Shown here: positions 36,166 through 47,070 of the stretch, in pieces | How positions within the stretch are numbered: position 1 is the stretch's first letter | How the letters are laid out: every line of letters starts with the position of its first letter | Assembly: GCA_040437565.1 (NCBI GenBank) | Contig: JBDOQK010000007.1 | Span: forward strand, 248,001 to 312,000 | Direction of reading: 5' to 3' | Length of the DNA stretch: 64,000 nt | Origin: Albugo candida | Lineage: Eukaryota | Position numbers and translations under genes: made by a program | The notes under the pieces: model-generated | Databases searched by the model: none | Told to the model about the DNA's origin: nothing | What the model saw: only the letters and a program-made list of their open reading frames with translations

Positions 36166-37998
36166 CTAAACCTCAAGCGTAAGATTCGTATAAATTCGCA
36201 AAATATCATCCACGGGACCCGCCGGCATACTCGATGCCATTCCATAGATTGCACTGCCACCTTTAATTGCTCCATCGGGATCTTTTTTCACCGTGATCAC
36301 AGCTTCCTCTAGATCTCTCAAAAAGTTCTTAGCGGCTCGCAAATGACACATGGTCACACATATATGCAATGAGTGTGGATGTTGCAGAGCATTCAGACTC
36401 CAACCACGCTTTGTCATTTCATCATTGACCTTGAGTATGTTGAATTCATGGCTTGCAAATGCGACAACCATGAGTTGAGGGTCGCCCAGAACGTGCAGTC
36501 CATCGATTTTCTTGATTCCTTCCTTGATCTCTTCTGCGGTCTTGACAATTCCTTCCGCATTTTTGATAAAGCCTGCCTCTCCTAAACGGATTAAAGAGGT
36601 CCAAGCGGTTGCGCTTAATGCTCCTGATCGACTTCCGGCTATTGTTGGTGTAACATACAGTCCACCAGTCCAGTCGGGGAATGTAAAGTACTGATAATTG
36701 CGGATCGCTTTGTTCCGGTAAAGTACGAGGGATGTTCCTTTCGCAGCATAGCCATACTTGTGAGCATCGCAGGACATGCTTGTCACTCCAGGTAATACAA
36801 AATCATACTTTGGAAGATTTGGTCGAATGCGCTTGATAAACGGCAAGATAAATCCTCCCAGGCAGCAGTCCACGTGTAGCCCAATGTCATTATCCTTGGC
36901 AATCCTAGATAGCTTTTCGACGTCGTCAATGATCCCACTGGGAAAGTTTGGAGCGCTCGCATATATCATGATCGTGTTTGCAGTGATGTTCCATTTGACC
37001 GCATTGCAGTCCATTTTCATTGTGACTGGGTTCACTGGGACCTTGATTAGCTTGATTTTGAGTATGCTGCATGCTTTGTCGATGGCGGCATGGGCAGTTT
37101 GGGCGGCGATTATTTCTGGTTTGATTATGCTGTGCTTGTGATAATACCATTCTCGATGCGTTTTGGCGGCCAAGAGGATGCTTTCTGTGCCTCCCGATGA
37201 GAAACATCCACACACATCAGCATTGCCTCCGCTGAATAATTTCGTGGTCATCGCAATCACCTGAGCTTCCATTCTGCATACACTCGGCCACAAATCAGGA
37301 TGCAGCGGATTCGCGACAGAAAACAGCTCGAAGGCTTTGTTCAGTACTGCCAAATGTTCGTCTCCACCGTGGTAAACAGCGCCCGAGACTAGACCTTTTT
37401 TCCATTTTTCGTCCGCATTCCCCGCATACATTTTCAGTTCCTTAATCAGTGCGTCATCAGGCATACCCTGAGCCGGTAGTTCCACATATTCTGTCAATTC
37501 CTGCCCGTCCTGCGATTTTTTCAGAGCCTTTTGTATATCGACTTCAATTGATTTCATCCGCTTTTCCATTTTTGAAGCTATCCATGGAACATTCTTCCCC
37601 GTGTCGATCAATGCGCCACCAAACGTGTTCAAAAGCTGCTTGTAAGACACGTAACGAACTTTTCGAACGACATCAAGCGATTGTCCGAGAGTACGAAATA
37701 TCAAAAGCACAACTATCACATTTCCTATTATTTTTTCAGCGTCCGGAGACTCTTTGATGAGTAATTGCCAGAAATGCGATAATAAGCTTTGACCTTTGAC
37801 AAAATAAAATGAGTAGATCGCTACGGCCAAAAGTATTGTGTCGTGACTCTTGTGCAGTATCCGTTCAACGTTGAATGGGAGAGAAACACACCTTGTACCG
37901 ATGTAGAGCATTATGAGAGTCACAATGGTGCCCCCAATGTATGGTTCTAAAGCCTTCAGCTCGGAAAACGGGCATTCTGTATGCGTCTCTGCGAACAT
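36166..37998 (-). CDS. SGPL1: Sphingosine-1-phosphate lyase (PLP-dependent), intronless
   Basis: 'VSGAVYHG', 'ANPLHPDLWP', 'SGGTESILLA', 'LHVDCCLGGF', PLP lysine 'SCDAHKYG', 'PTIAGSRSG'; N-terminal TM segments. Confidence 0.95.
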   Translation of the reverse strand: MFAETHTECPFSELKALEPYIGGTIVTLIMLYIGTRCVSLPFNVERILHKSHDTILLAVAIYSFYFVKGQSLLSHFWQLLIKESPDAEKIIGNVIVVLLIFRTLGQSLDVVRKVRYVSYKQLLNTFGGALIDTGKNVPWIASKMEKRMKSIEVDIQKALKKSQDGQELTEYVELPAQGMPDDALIKELKMYAGNADEKWKKGLVSGAVYHGGDEHLAVLNKAFELFSVANPLHPDLWPSVCRMEAQVIAMTTKLFSGGNADVCGCFSSGGTESILLAAKTHREWYYHKHSIIKPEIIAAQTAHAAIDKACSILKIKLIKVPVNPVTMKMDCNAVKWNITANTIMIYASAPNFPSGIIDDVEKLSRIAKDNDIGLHVDCCLGGFILPFIKRIRPNLPKYDFVLPGVTSMSCDAHKYGYAAKGTSLVLYRNKAIRNYQYFTFPDWTGGLYVTPTIAGSRSGALSATAWTSLIRLGEAGFIKNAEGIVKTAEEIKEGIKKIDGLHVLGDPQLMVVAFASHEFNILKVNDEMTKRGWSLNALQHPHSLHICVTMCHLRAAKNFLRDLEEAVITVKKDPDGAIKGGSAIYGMASSMPAGPVDDILRIYTNLTLEV

Positions 37999-38486
37999 GA
38001 TCTTTCGAAGGGTACCGTTCCGCCTCCAATTGTACTCTTTTATTTTTTAGGATCGAATGGATTTATGCACTACTTAGTGTTTCNNNNNNNNNNNNNNNNN
38101 NNNNNNNNNNNNNNNNNNNNNNNNNNNNNNNNNNNNNNNNNNNNNNNNNNNNNNNNNNNNNNNNNNNNNNNNNNNNNNNNNNNGGATCGAATGGATTTAT
38201 GCACTACTTAGTGTTTCACATAGAGTTTTATAGCTCCACACAAAATTCCAGTCAGGGTGAAATCTCTTTTGACTCCATGCGCTCAAATATCGAAGTACGA
38301 TAACAATTATCTACTCTTGCATAAGCAAACGATCCAGACCTCGAAGGATGCCTTGATTTACATAGTTGTCGAGTCAATGGCAATTCGGCGATCACGCTGC
38401 TTTATAGATATCACCAGTTATATCTCGTCGAGGAATAACCGATAAACTGCGGCCAATTGAATCAGGTCAATACCATCTGCATCCGG

Positions 38487-39157
38487 CTAACTAATGACAA
38501 TGTTTGGATTGCTGTATCGCATGTCATGCATCATCAAGAGCTTTTCACCATTGTCTACTGCTAAACAGCAAACCGTAAATCGTAGGGAACGTTTACCATC
38601 TTCACGTTGTATAAAATGCACGCCGGGATGAATTGCTGAATAAAACTGGAAATGACAGGGGCTCGATTCTCCACTGCTTTCTGTAATATCAATCAACTGA
38701 GTTATCAGCAGTCGATCAAATATTCTCGTTGAGATGCATTGATACTCACTAGCGATCACTACAAGCATCTTTGGCTTAAAAGACCTTGAAATACACTGAC
38801 AGGGCATGTACATACGAGGACACCCGACCTGCACAGTATACCCTCTAATCAGTAGAGATAAGTGACTTGATATAGAATTTCCGCAATGTGAGAGAAGACA
38901 CGGTACATACAGCTTTGTATTAGCCTGCCCAATTGTTGAAAAAGTCATAGTAATAAAATGAGTGGTAATCGTGCAGTACTGCACTGGTGTCATAAATGGA
39001 GGTCGTGACTTGGGCACGGTACCAATGCTTGAACAGCCTCTGTAGCTTATCTGCAGCATAGTACCACCAAGCTCGCTTAAATGGCAAGCGACACGTGCGT
39101 ATGGCTGTTGTTACAAGAAGTATTAATATCAAAGAACAGCCGAAACAATCTACTCAT
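38487..39157 (-). pseudogene. Probable frameshifted secreted CCG-type (CxxCxxxxxG) effector
   Basis: ATG 39157 MSRLFRLF / LILILLVTTAIRTCR / xCHLSELGGTMLQ..., needing two frame corrections, followed by a 190-codon ORF. Confidence 0.45.
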
Positions 39158-39778
39158 GCTCTGCCTTCCTTAATTGCATAGATCAAGGCTATTCTGTACA
39201 CAAGACTCCAAGGCTGAAGATGGTATCGATGATAGTTTGTCTGTAGACGTTCAGCCCTTTACGCGAATTTCTCTGTCCAATTCTTAAACCTTACGCTGCT
39301 GCTTGAAATTTCAAAGCCAATATCTACCTCGTTTGGAGCCCTTAGGCCGCATCCAGTACTCAAGCCTTGTCCTAGCGTAAGAAGCACTTCGACTTGACTA
39401 TTTGGTCGAAGGTCGGACTTACTCGAGGAGTACAGTTAAATGTTCTCCAGTCACAAGCTTATCACACATTCTAATGAAATGTTATTGTGTATTCGTTCGA
39501 GATGTATGCCTGGAGCGAGACCACGTGAGCCGTCAGCGTTTGTCGCATGATTGATGACGCTTAATAGATAAGCAATGTTTTGCATAGTCTCATCAGGAAA
39601 ACTTCACCATTTTGATATTTGCATTCTATAAGCACCTGTCGTTGTTCTACACCTTTTTCTGTACCATGGAAACGGCATTTATAAAAAGCAAGCTTTGATC
39701 AGCTTCTCCACCTGATTCATCAAAAACGATACGTCACTCAACATGCATCGTCGTACATAATTCTAGTTCAAAACCGGT

Positions 39779-40998
39779 ATGCAAAGTTTCTCAATGCGTT
39801 CCAATGCAAGATTTCGCCATGGACAGCGTGATAAACGCAATCTTCTTGTATTGTATATGCTAATTCAAAAGATCCTGCAAATGGACCAGAAACCTCCACT
39901 GACAATCGCCTTGATCGGTACCCGAATTTCTACATACATCATACAATGACGCCGTAATGCTCTCTGCAGCTCTCATGAGCAATCTACATTTCCGCATTTT
40001 TGACATTGGTGTCACACTAAGTCCAGAATCTTACATGCTGTAATCAATTCTCATCGCTCCGCAAGTTAATCTCTCTAATCTAACGCAAATGATCAGATGT
40101 CCCAATCTTATCGCTCGTCGGCGCGAGTGGGAGCGTCTAATTGGAGCTGCCTTTTTCCATGGCGATGATATTCATCTATACCATAACATGTACCATTTCA
40201 TCGACTTCGTAGCAAAGGATTCTCATCTCGAAGCGATAGGGTCTCGTTTCTTTGGAAAGGTTATCAATTGGAATCCAAAATGGGGTCTTATCGATTCGCT
40301 TGTGTGCTCGCATACCTGCTCCTTGTATCACACGGCTTGATCGTTCTATCTTCATACTTGATTTTCAAGTATCAGCACAATCCGGTATGATTAATAAGTA
40401 TTTGATTCAAACCTGCGTCTCATTTGCTCTCCATGGTAGCATGCATGGACACAATGTAGCTTGGGCTTTTCAGCTGTTTTGTTCGGACTGAAGGCATGTG
40501 ACTAAATAATACCCCGTGTAGTCTCTCTGATTATCATGCAGGTTGTTCTTAATTCAAAATCGCCAAATACGACCAATATCTATGGATTTCATGTTCCGAC
40601 AAAATACGCCGCTTGGTTGGAGCTTGTATTGATCCATATCCTCGTTCCGAATGCCTCATTTCTGGGTCATTTATGTGGAATCGTTGCAGGTACTAAAGCG
40701 TTGTTGTAGCGCATCCTGTATTAATACCACTTCCATCATCTTAGGCTATTCGTGGATTTTACATTCAGCATTAGGGAAAAAGGGGAAGACATTGTATCAA
40801 GCATGGGTGTCGTTGGTTCGAAAACTGTGCTATATGCCAGCAACTAGTCGACCAAGTAAAAATGCCACTCAACGTTTATACGAAGAGGATGAAAAGCTCG
40901 CTAGAAAATTCCAAGAGGAGGAAGCCGCTGCAGAAAGAGAAGCAATTCGGCGTCAACGACTCGAGCGGCTATCACATTTCCGTACACGATATTCATAA
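39779..40998 (+). CDS. Rhomboid protease, RHBDD1/RHBDL4-like
   Basis: 'AFFHGDDIHLYHNM', catalytic 'GFSAVLFGLK', 'SFLGHLCGIVAG'; tail 'DEKLARKFQEEE..IRRQRLERL' resembles ubiquitin- and VCP-binding motifs. Confidence 0.88.
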
Positions 40999-41052
40999 TA
41001 GAATTCATCTTACTGTATTTAGACAACGCGGAGGTACACTGAGCAGTGTCGA

Positions 41053-42300
41053 TTAGTGATACAAAAAAGACTTTGCGTCAATATGGAACGTTTCTTCCGC
41101 GGACTGTTGAAGGATGAAACTGACAACTCCGCTATTGCCAAGCTTTGATCGTTTCGCGGGATGATCGAGGTCTTTGGGCAAGTAACACTCACAAAACTGT
41201 TGAAACCAAAGCGAATGGCCATAGACGACAATCACATTTTCAGAACGCTGAGTTGCCCACATAGCAAAGTGCTTGAGTCGATCGTACGCGGAACCTAAAA
41301 TGGCTTTATTTCCGTGGTTCTCGCTTGAATCGAACATGGTTTTATGGAAATTACTTGACTCTCTTTTAGACTTTAGCATTACTTCAACACCGTTGGAGGC
41401 TGGAGGCTTTCGTCGCATTGATATTTTTGGAGCAACAACGCATTTTGCTTGACTCAGCGCCAAGGTATCCACGTTTTCTCCAATTTCCTGCAAACACGAT
41501 AATACGTGAAGTCGTTCTCCGGAAACTGCGAGCCGAGACGCCGATGTGATAGCGGCTGTGTTTATTGCTCGGCGCAGATTGGAAGATACGACGATGCTTT
41601 TGGGGATTGCACAACACAAATACCGCAATAAATATTGAGCATCTTTTCGACTACAAAACGCTTTCTTGGGATTCAATCCATCGACGGGAAGCTGCATGTC
41701 CTGCAGTCCTCTTCCCTCACTCAAAAAAGCTCTTTGTGTTGCCAGTATTTTGCATCGAAGCTTCTGTGCTTGTTCAGTCCCTTCCGTGCTCAGTGGAGAA
41801 TCCAGAAATACGGAGTCCATAACTGGAAACAAAAGCCATTCTCGCAGAACCGCTTGAATCAGTCGGAAGAGAAATAATACTTTCGATCCCTTCCTGTTGA
41901 ATAAAACATTCCACTGAGATTCTGCGTGGCGGACGAATATGATGCGCTTACTACTCAGGACTTCAGGCTCGCTGGCACCATTCAACTTCTTTCGTAGAGT
42001 TTGTTCGTCCAAGTTGTGCATTTGCTTATCCGTGGACAGCCACAAATGAAGCAATGCGAGAGCATACAATTGTAATTTTCTCCAAACACATCGCACCATT
42101 TCGAAAAAGTCTTCAAAGGCCGGTATCATCGGATCCGTGAAGCGCCAAAGAATATGAAAGAGCTTTGTTATAGCCGAAACTTTGATAGCCAGGAATGCCG
42201 AGGATGAAGATCTCAAAGGAAGTGTGTCTGCACCAAAAGCGGACACATTGAGCGCAATGTGTGGCGAAATACTCGCACGAGGTTGTGACGTATCCGTCAT
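41053..42300 (-). CDS. Histidine phosphatase / phosphoglycerate mutase superfamily protein
   Basis: 'IIFVRHAESQWN', 'DSPLSTEG', 'SSNLRRA', 'LQEI', 'VYGHSLWF'. Confidence 0.88.
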   Translation of the reverse strand: MTDTSQPRASISPHIALNVSAFGADTLPLRSSSSAFLAIKVSAITKLFHILWRFTDPMIPAFEDFFEMVRCVWRKLQLYALALLHLWLSTDKQMHNLDEQTLRKKLNGASEPEVLSSKRIIFVRHAESQWNVLFNRKGSKVLFLFRLIQAVLREWLLFPVMDSVFLDSPLSTEGTEQAQKLRCKILATQRAFLSEGRGLQDMQLPVDGLNPKKAFCSRKDAQYLLRYLCCAIPKSIVVSSNLRRAINTAAITSASRLAVSGERLHVLSCLQEIGENVDTLALSQAKCVVAPKISMRRKPPASNGVEVMLKSKRESSNFHKTMFDSSENHGNKAILGSAYDRLKHFAMWATQRSENVIVVYGHSLWFQQFCECYLPKDLDHPAKRSKLGNSGVVSFILQQSAEETFHIDAKSFLYH

Positions 42301-42930
42301 GAGGTGACGCTATAGATTTCGAAAATAAATCAAACCGACTTGTGAGCAAATTCGACGCGATCAGCCACAGGAGAAGGGACTCATCGACTGAAGGTCGACG
42401 AACGATCGATAGGTTCAGTCAGAGTACGAGCACGGCTCATTCCCCAATCGGCTTGTATACAATTACAAGTCATTCGTGAATGTCGCGGCTTTGACCAAAA
42501 CCACTTGTATGAGTAATAGTGGATCCTTTGATCCTCCATGTTTCCAGTAAAACAGTGTTATTAGGCCCACGCGATCTCATTCATGGCAGTTAGGTAGAAT
42601 GAATGGATCGAATGTGACGTGTCATCACGTACACAATCGCAATTATTGACTTTACACTCAACTACGGGGTAGCCAGGTCGCTTAGCATGTCTATAATAGC
42701 GCACGAATCACAAGTACTAAATTGATACAATAAAACTTCTGTTGTGTGACTTTGGTCACATCCAAACACTTTACACGCTGCACGATGCTATATAAAAGTC
42801 ATTGGATAATATAATGTGTATTTATATCGTATCGACGGGGTAGCCTTCTCTTCCGAATTTTATTTGGAACCCTTCCACTTTTCGCACATTTTCTTGCCCG
42901 CTTCAATAAGTAACGACAGAAAGCGACTCC

Positions 42931-45900
42931 ATGTTATTTGGGCATCAGTATGAGGATGAGAGTCCTAGAAAAGAAGTGGATGGAAACTGCACTGGGACTT
43001 TGGGAGCCACTACAAGCAAGAAGAAAAAGTCACGTCTGCGCCAATCTCCTATGCAGCTACGCGAGCTAAAACATCCCGGCACCGCATTTTCCTTGAAAGA
43101 CAATGCACAATCTGTACATAATGCATATGCTAATGTAACCAATATACATAACAATGAGCGTCAGGAAGCGAGACATGGATCACCAGCTATTGCACCAAGG
43201 GTGTCCAGCTCGTATCTGTCTTCTTCGCATGGAATGATTCGAAATTCCACGCTGCATTCGGATCACAATAGTGAAGTAGTTTGTCGAAGAGAGAATAAGA
43301 GCACTAATTTTGTCAATGGAAGAGCTTCTCAGAGAGCGGACGCATTTGTCGCACAGCCACAACATTTGTATCGTAAGATGAATGGGCACGCAAACAATGG
43401 AAGCACCAATATGACAGATACAATGTACCCAAGCGTGTGGAAGCATCTTCGTTTTCGGAAAAAAATGGTTCCACTGGCTTCCAGTGCAGACGTAAAGCCC
43501 ATTTGTGTGACAGGTGTGGATACCTTTCTGTCCTCGTGGATAGTAGCAGAATTATTGGAAAAAGGATACCGTGTACGTGGGACCCTTCAAAGCTCGTCTG
43601 ATGATATTTCTGGTATTCTTCGATTGCCGTTGTCAAAAAACTTTTCCGTTGTCGAGACCTCCTTATTGACTCCCGAAGCTTGCGATTTGGCTGTACAAGG
43701 TTAGTGATAGGTTATAAGTTTTCGACATTCTAAGTGTCTCTGGTCGTAGGCTGCGACTTTGTGATACATACTGGAACTCCGACTTCTTGCTCCGTCCGAG
43801 ATCCCGTCTCCGAGCAGCAGGTCAGTGCTTATGAGACTTTCAATTATTTTTACTCAAATGATTCTGGCAGGAACCAGCGGTGCATAGTATTGGAAGTCGA
43901 ATGCACTGTATCATTCCCATGATGTCAAATTTCATCCAAGCTTGTGCAAGAGCAAGAGTGAAACGCGTAAGTGAGAAAGGTGTTTCATGGAACGTCAAAT
44001 GATGATACTTTGGTGTGCTTTCTAGGTCGTTTTGACATCGTCTATAGCAGCAATGGCCGACACAGTCACGCCGGATTCAATCATCAATGACAGTTGCTGG
44101 AACATAGTGTCCTCACTCGATCGGAATCCTCATTTCTTAAGTCTCAAGCTGGCGGAAGAGGCTGCCTGGCAACTGGTGGATCAATTACCACGTGAATGTC
44201 GGATCGATCTGGTTACAATTAACGTACGCGACGAGTCCGATAATCTAGAAAAGCTTGTTCTGACATTGTATTCTCCCTCAGCCAGGGACACTGTTTGGTC
44301 CATCTCTTAGCAAGTCTAGACTCGCACCCGGGAACCAAGTCATCTTCGATCTGGTCACTGGGCAGTATCCCGCTCTTGTAGATTTGAGTAAGTGCACCGT
44401 ATGGCTGGCAAGTGAATTGAAGGACAATTATTTCTACAATCAGACTGGAGCATGGTTGATGTACGCGATTGTGCTCGAGCCCACATTGCTGCCCTCGAAA
44501 ATGTTGAAGCTCGAGGTCGCTACATTTGCGTGAATCGAACTGTTTGGATGAAAGAGATTGTTGACATTTTGGCAGGGAATGGATTCAGTGGTCGTGATCT
44601 GCCTTGGAGAGTATGTTCATCCGTACAATCGGAACATTTTTCAAATGCTGTAAATGCTGTATTATAGGTTGGACTGCCGAATTGGGCTGCACGCTTACCC
44701 GCATACTCAACTCATCTTGGTCAAGTGGGAGCGTCTTTGTACCGCTACGATCCTACTAATCCGCATGGGTGTCCTTACATTACCGACAAGATATTGGATT
44801 CGTTGCATGTGAGCTTCCGCGACGTTCGGACCACACTTGTCGAAGCCACCAATGATCTGCTTAAATGGGGCTTTATCAAACCATGGGCTGAGGATCATGA
44901 AGCCATCAATTGTGCTTGTTGCAAAATGGCGTTTACGTTCTATCGTCGTCGACATCATTGCCGAGTAAGACAGAAACTTATTTCCAACCGCGCACTTTTC
45001 TAACTGGAAATGTACATTAGGAATGCGGAGTCATTATATGTGCCGATTGCTCGATGTCACGTGCGGTAATCGATGGAGCTGAACGAAAAGCTCGATTATG
45101 TGATAAATGCGTCAAGAACTCTGTTCCAGGATTATTGACTCTTTTACGAAGTCCTATTCTTACAAACAAGCGCAAAGCTGTTATTGCTTTGAAAAGTTTG
45201 ATGGAAAATGAATCCAATCATGAATATTTAACTCGACTTGGTGGCCTACCGCATCTATTCGCGGCAATGCATTGCGGGGATGAGACGATTGCCACAGACG
45301 CTGCTGGAGCAATTTGTGCGCTTTCAACGAGTGTTCCCAGTACGCTACAAATGGTTTTGGAAGGTGCGGTATTGCAGCTCCTCGAGGTCTCTGAGAACTC
45401 TTCCACATGGCCGTGTTGCTTGCGGGCCCTCCGGAATATATGGAAGCAAGTCAATCGTCCCAGCTTTCGCCGTATGCTGTATGCGGTCGCTCGTATCACG
45501 TCGTATACGTCCGTCGGTATGTAAAATGACCCAATATTGGGAATGCTCTTATCGCTCTGTACCAATAGGAGAATTACGCAGCAATGTGTTGCTGACGTTT
45601 GTTCATATGACGGATACCGATGAAGTTAGCACGCTGTTGGAAGAAGGCTTGTTGGTTGTACTGTATCTGATGCTGCAATCAGAACATATATTTCCTCGCT
45701 GTGCTGCAGCACACGCAATCAAGCACTTGATTCCGTCATCCTACAACCCGAAGCTGACGATAGAAATTCCGCCGTATGTTGTGGATGACCATGAAGAATT
45801 ATTCGCAAATGTGTCACTGTCCGACCTCCAGTTTCTCGTGAAAGGGCATATTGCACCGATCAACGCTCATAAAGTCGTATTGTTCTTCCGGAATGCGTAT

Positions 45901-46733
45901 TTCAAAGAAATGGTAGCTGAATTCTGCACCGATTGACAAAATCTTATTTTTTCATGTAGTTTGGATCCGCAACAAGCCAAAAAGAGATGATCGAAATCGA
46001 CAATTGCAGTTATGAAGTTTTTTCAATGCTCCTGCGGTTTTTGGTGCGTTTTCCAGAGCTGTATTTTGCGTGAGCTAAAGTATTTTAATCTGCTCAGTAC
46101 ACCGGCAAAGTTGACATTACTCGCGACGTTGCTGAAGAATTACTCCAAGCTGCTTCGACATATCGCGTGTATGAACTTCAGAAACGAGCCGAGTATTTCC
46201 TGAGTGGTGAAATACGGGTCGAAAATGTTGTCAATCTTTTGTGTCTGGCTGAAGAGTGCCAAGCAACTGATCTAAAAAGAAATTGTGTGCCTTATCTGAT
46301 GCAGCACATCCATGATGTGGTTCGATTACCGGCGTACGCGGAAAATCGAATCCGAACAACCGATGAGATCTTTAAGGCTTTATCAGAAACGCTCGGGGAA
46401 GAATGGAAGCAGCATTATGATTTGCTGAAAGAGGAATTAGATCAGTCTTTATTTTCTACCAAGAGCACTTCTCAAGTGTATAGTAGCCAAAGCTCTATTT
46501 CAGCAATGCAAACATCGTCTTCCTCAACTTCCGGTCCAAATCCACGGGGCATGTGGATCCCAATGTCACAAGAAAAGGCCCTACTTGCTCGTGAACCTAC
46601 TTCTCGATCGCTTGTTCCTCAGTCATCGGCGGATTATACTTACTTGAAGCAATTTGGATACGAAGATCTTCAATTCCGAAGACGGGGATTGTCGGATGAA
46701 TTATCTGAGAGTATCTCTGAAGGTGTATGTTGA
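42931..46733 (+). CDS. Extended-SDR (dihydroflavonol reductase-like) + FYVE + ARM + BTB/POZ protein
   Basis: SDR 'ICVTGVDTFLSSWIVAELLEKGYRVRGT', 'VDVRDCARAH'; FYVE 'WAEDHEAINC..C..F..RRRHHCRECG..C..CS..RLCDKC'; ARM repeats; BTB 'SDLQFLVKG..INAHKVVL..NAYFKEM'. Confidence 0.88.
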
Positions 46734-47070
46734 TGTTTATAGTTTAAATGAATGAATTTCTGTAATGATTTTCCGTAAGACAGTTGAAGTGTTTGACTTT
46801 AGNNNNNNNNNNNNNNNNNNNNNNNNNNNNNNNNNNNNNNNNNNNNNNNNNNNNNNNNNNNNNNNNNNNNNNNNNNNNNNNNNNNNNNNNNNNNNNNNNN
46901 NNGACAGTTGAAGTGTTTGACTTTAGAGGGTACTTACCATATTTATACGAGAGAAATGAAGTATACTAATTCTTTATACAGTACACACTTTGGTAGTCGT
47001 ACCTAGCCAGAGTATATCCTGCTCTAAACGTAGAGCGTGTTAAGAGAATTCGTACAAGCGGCGTTCGTTG

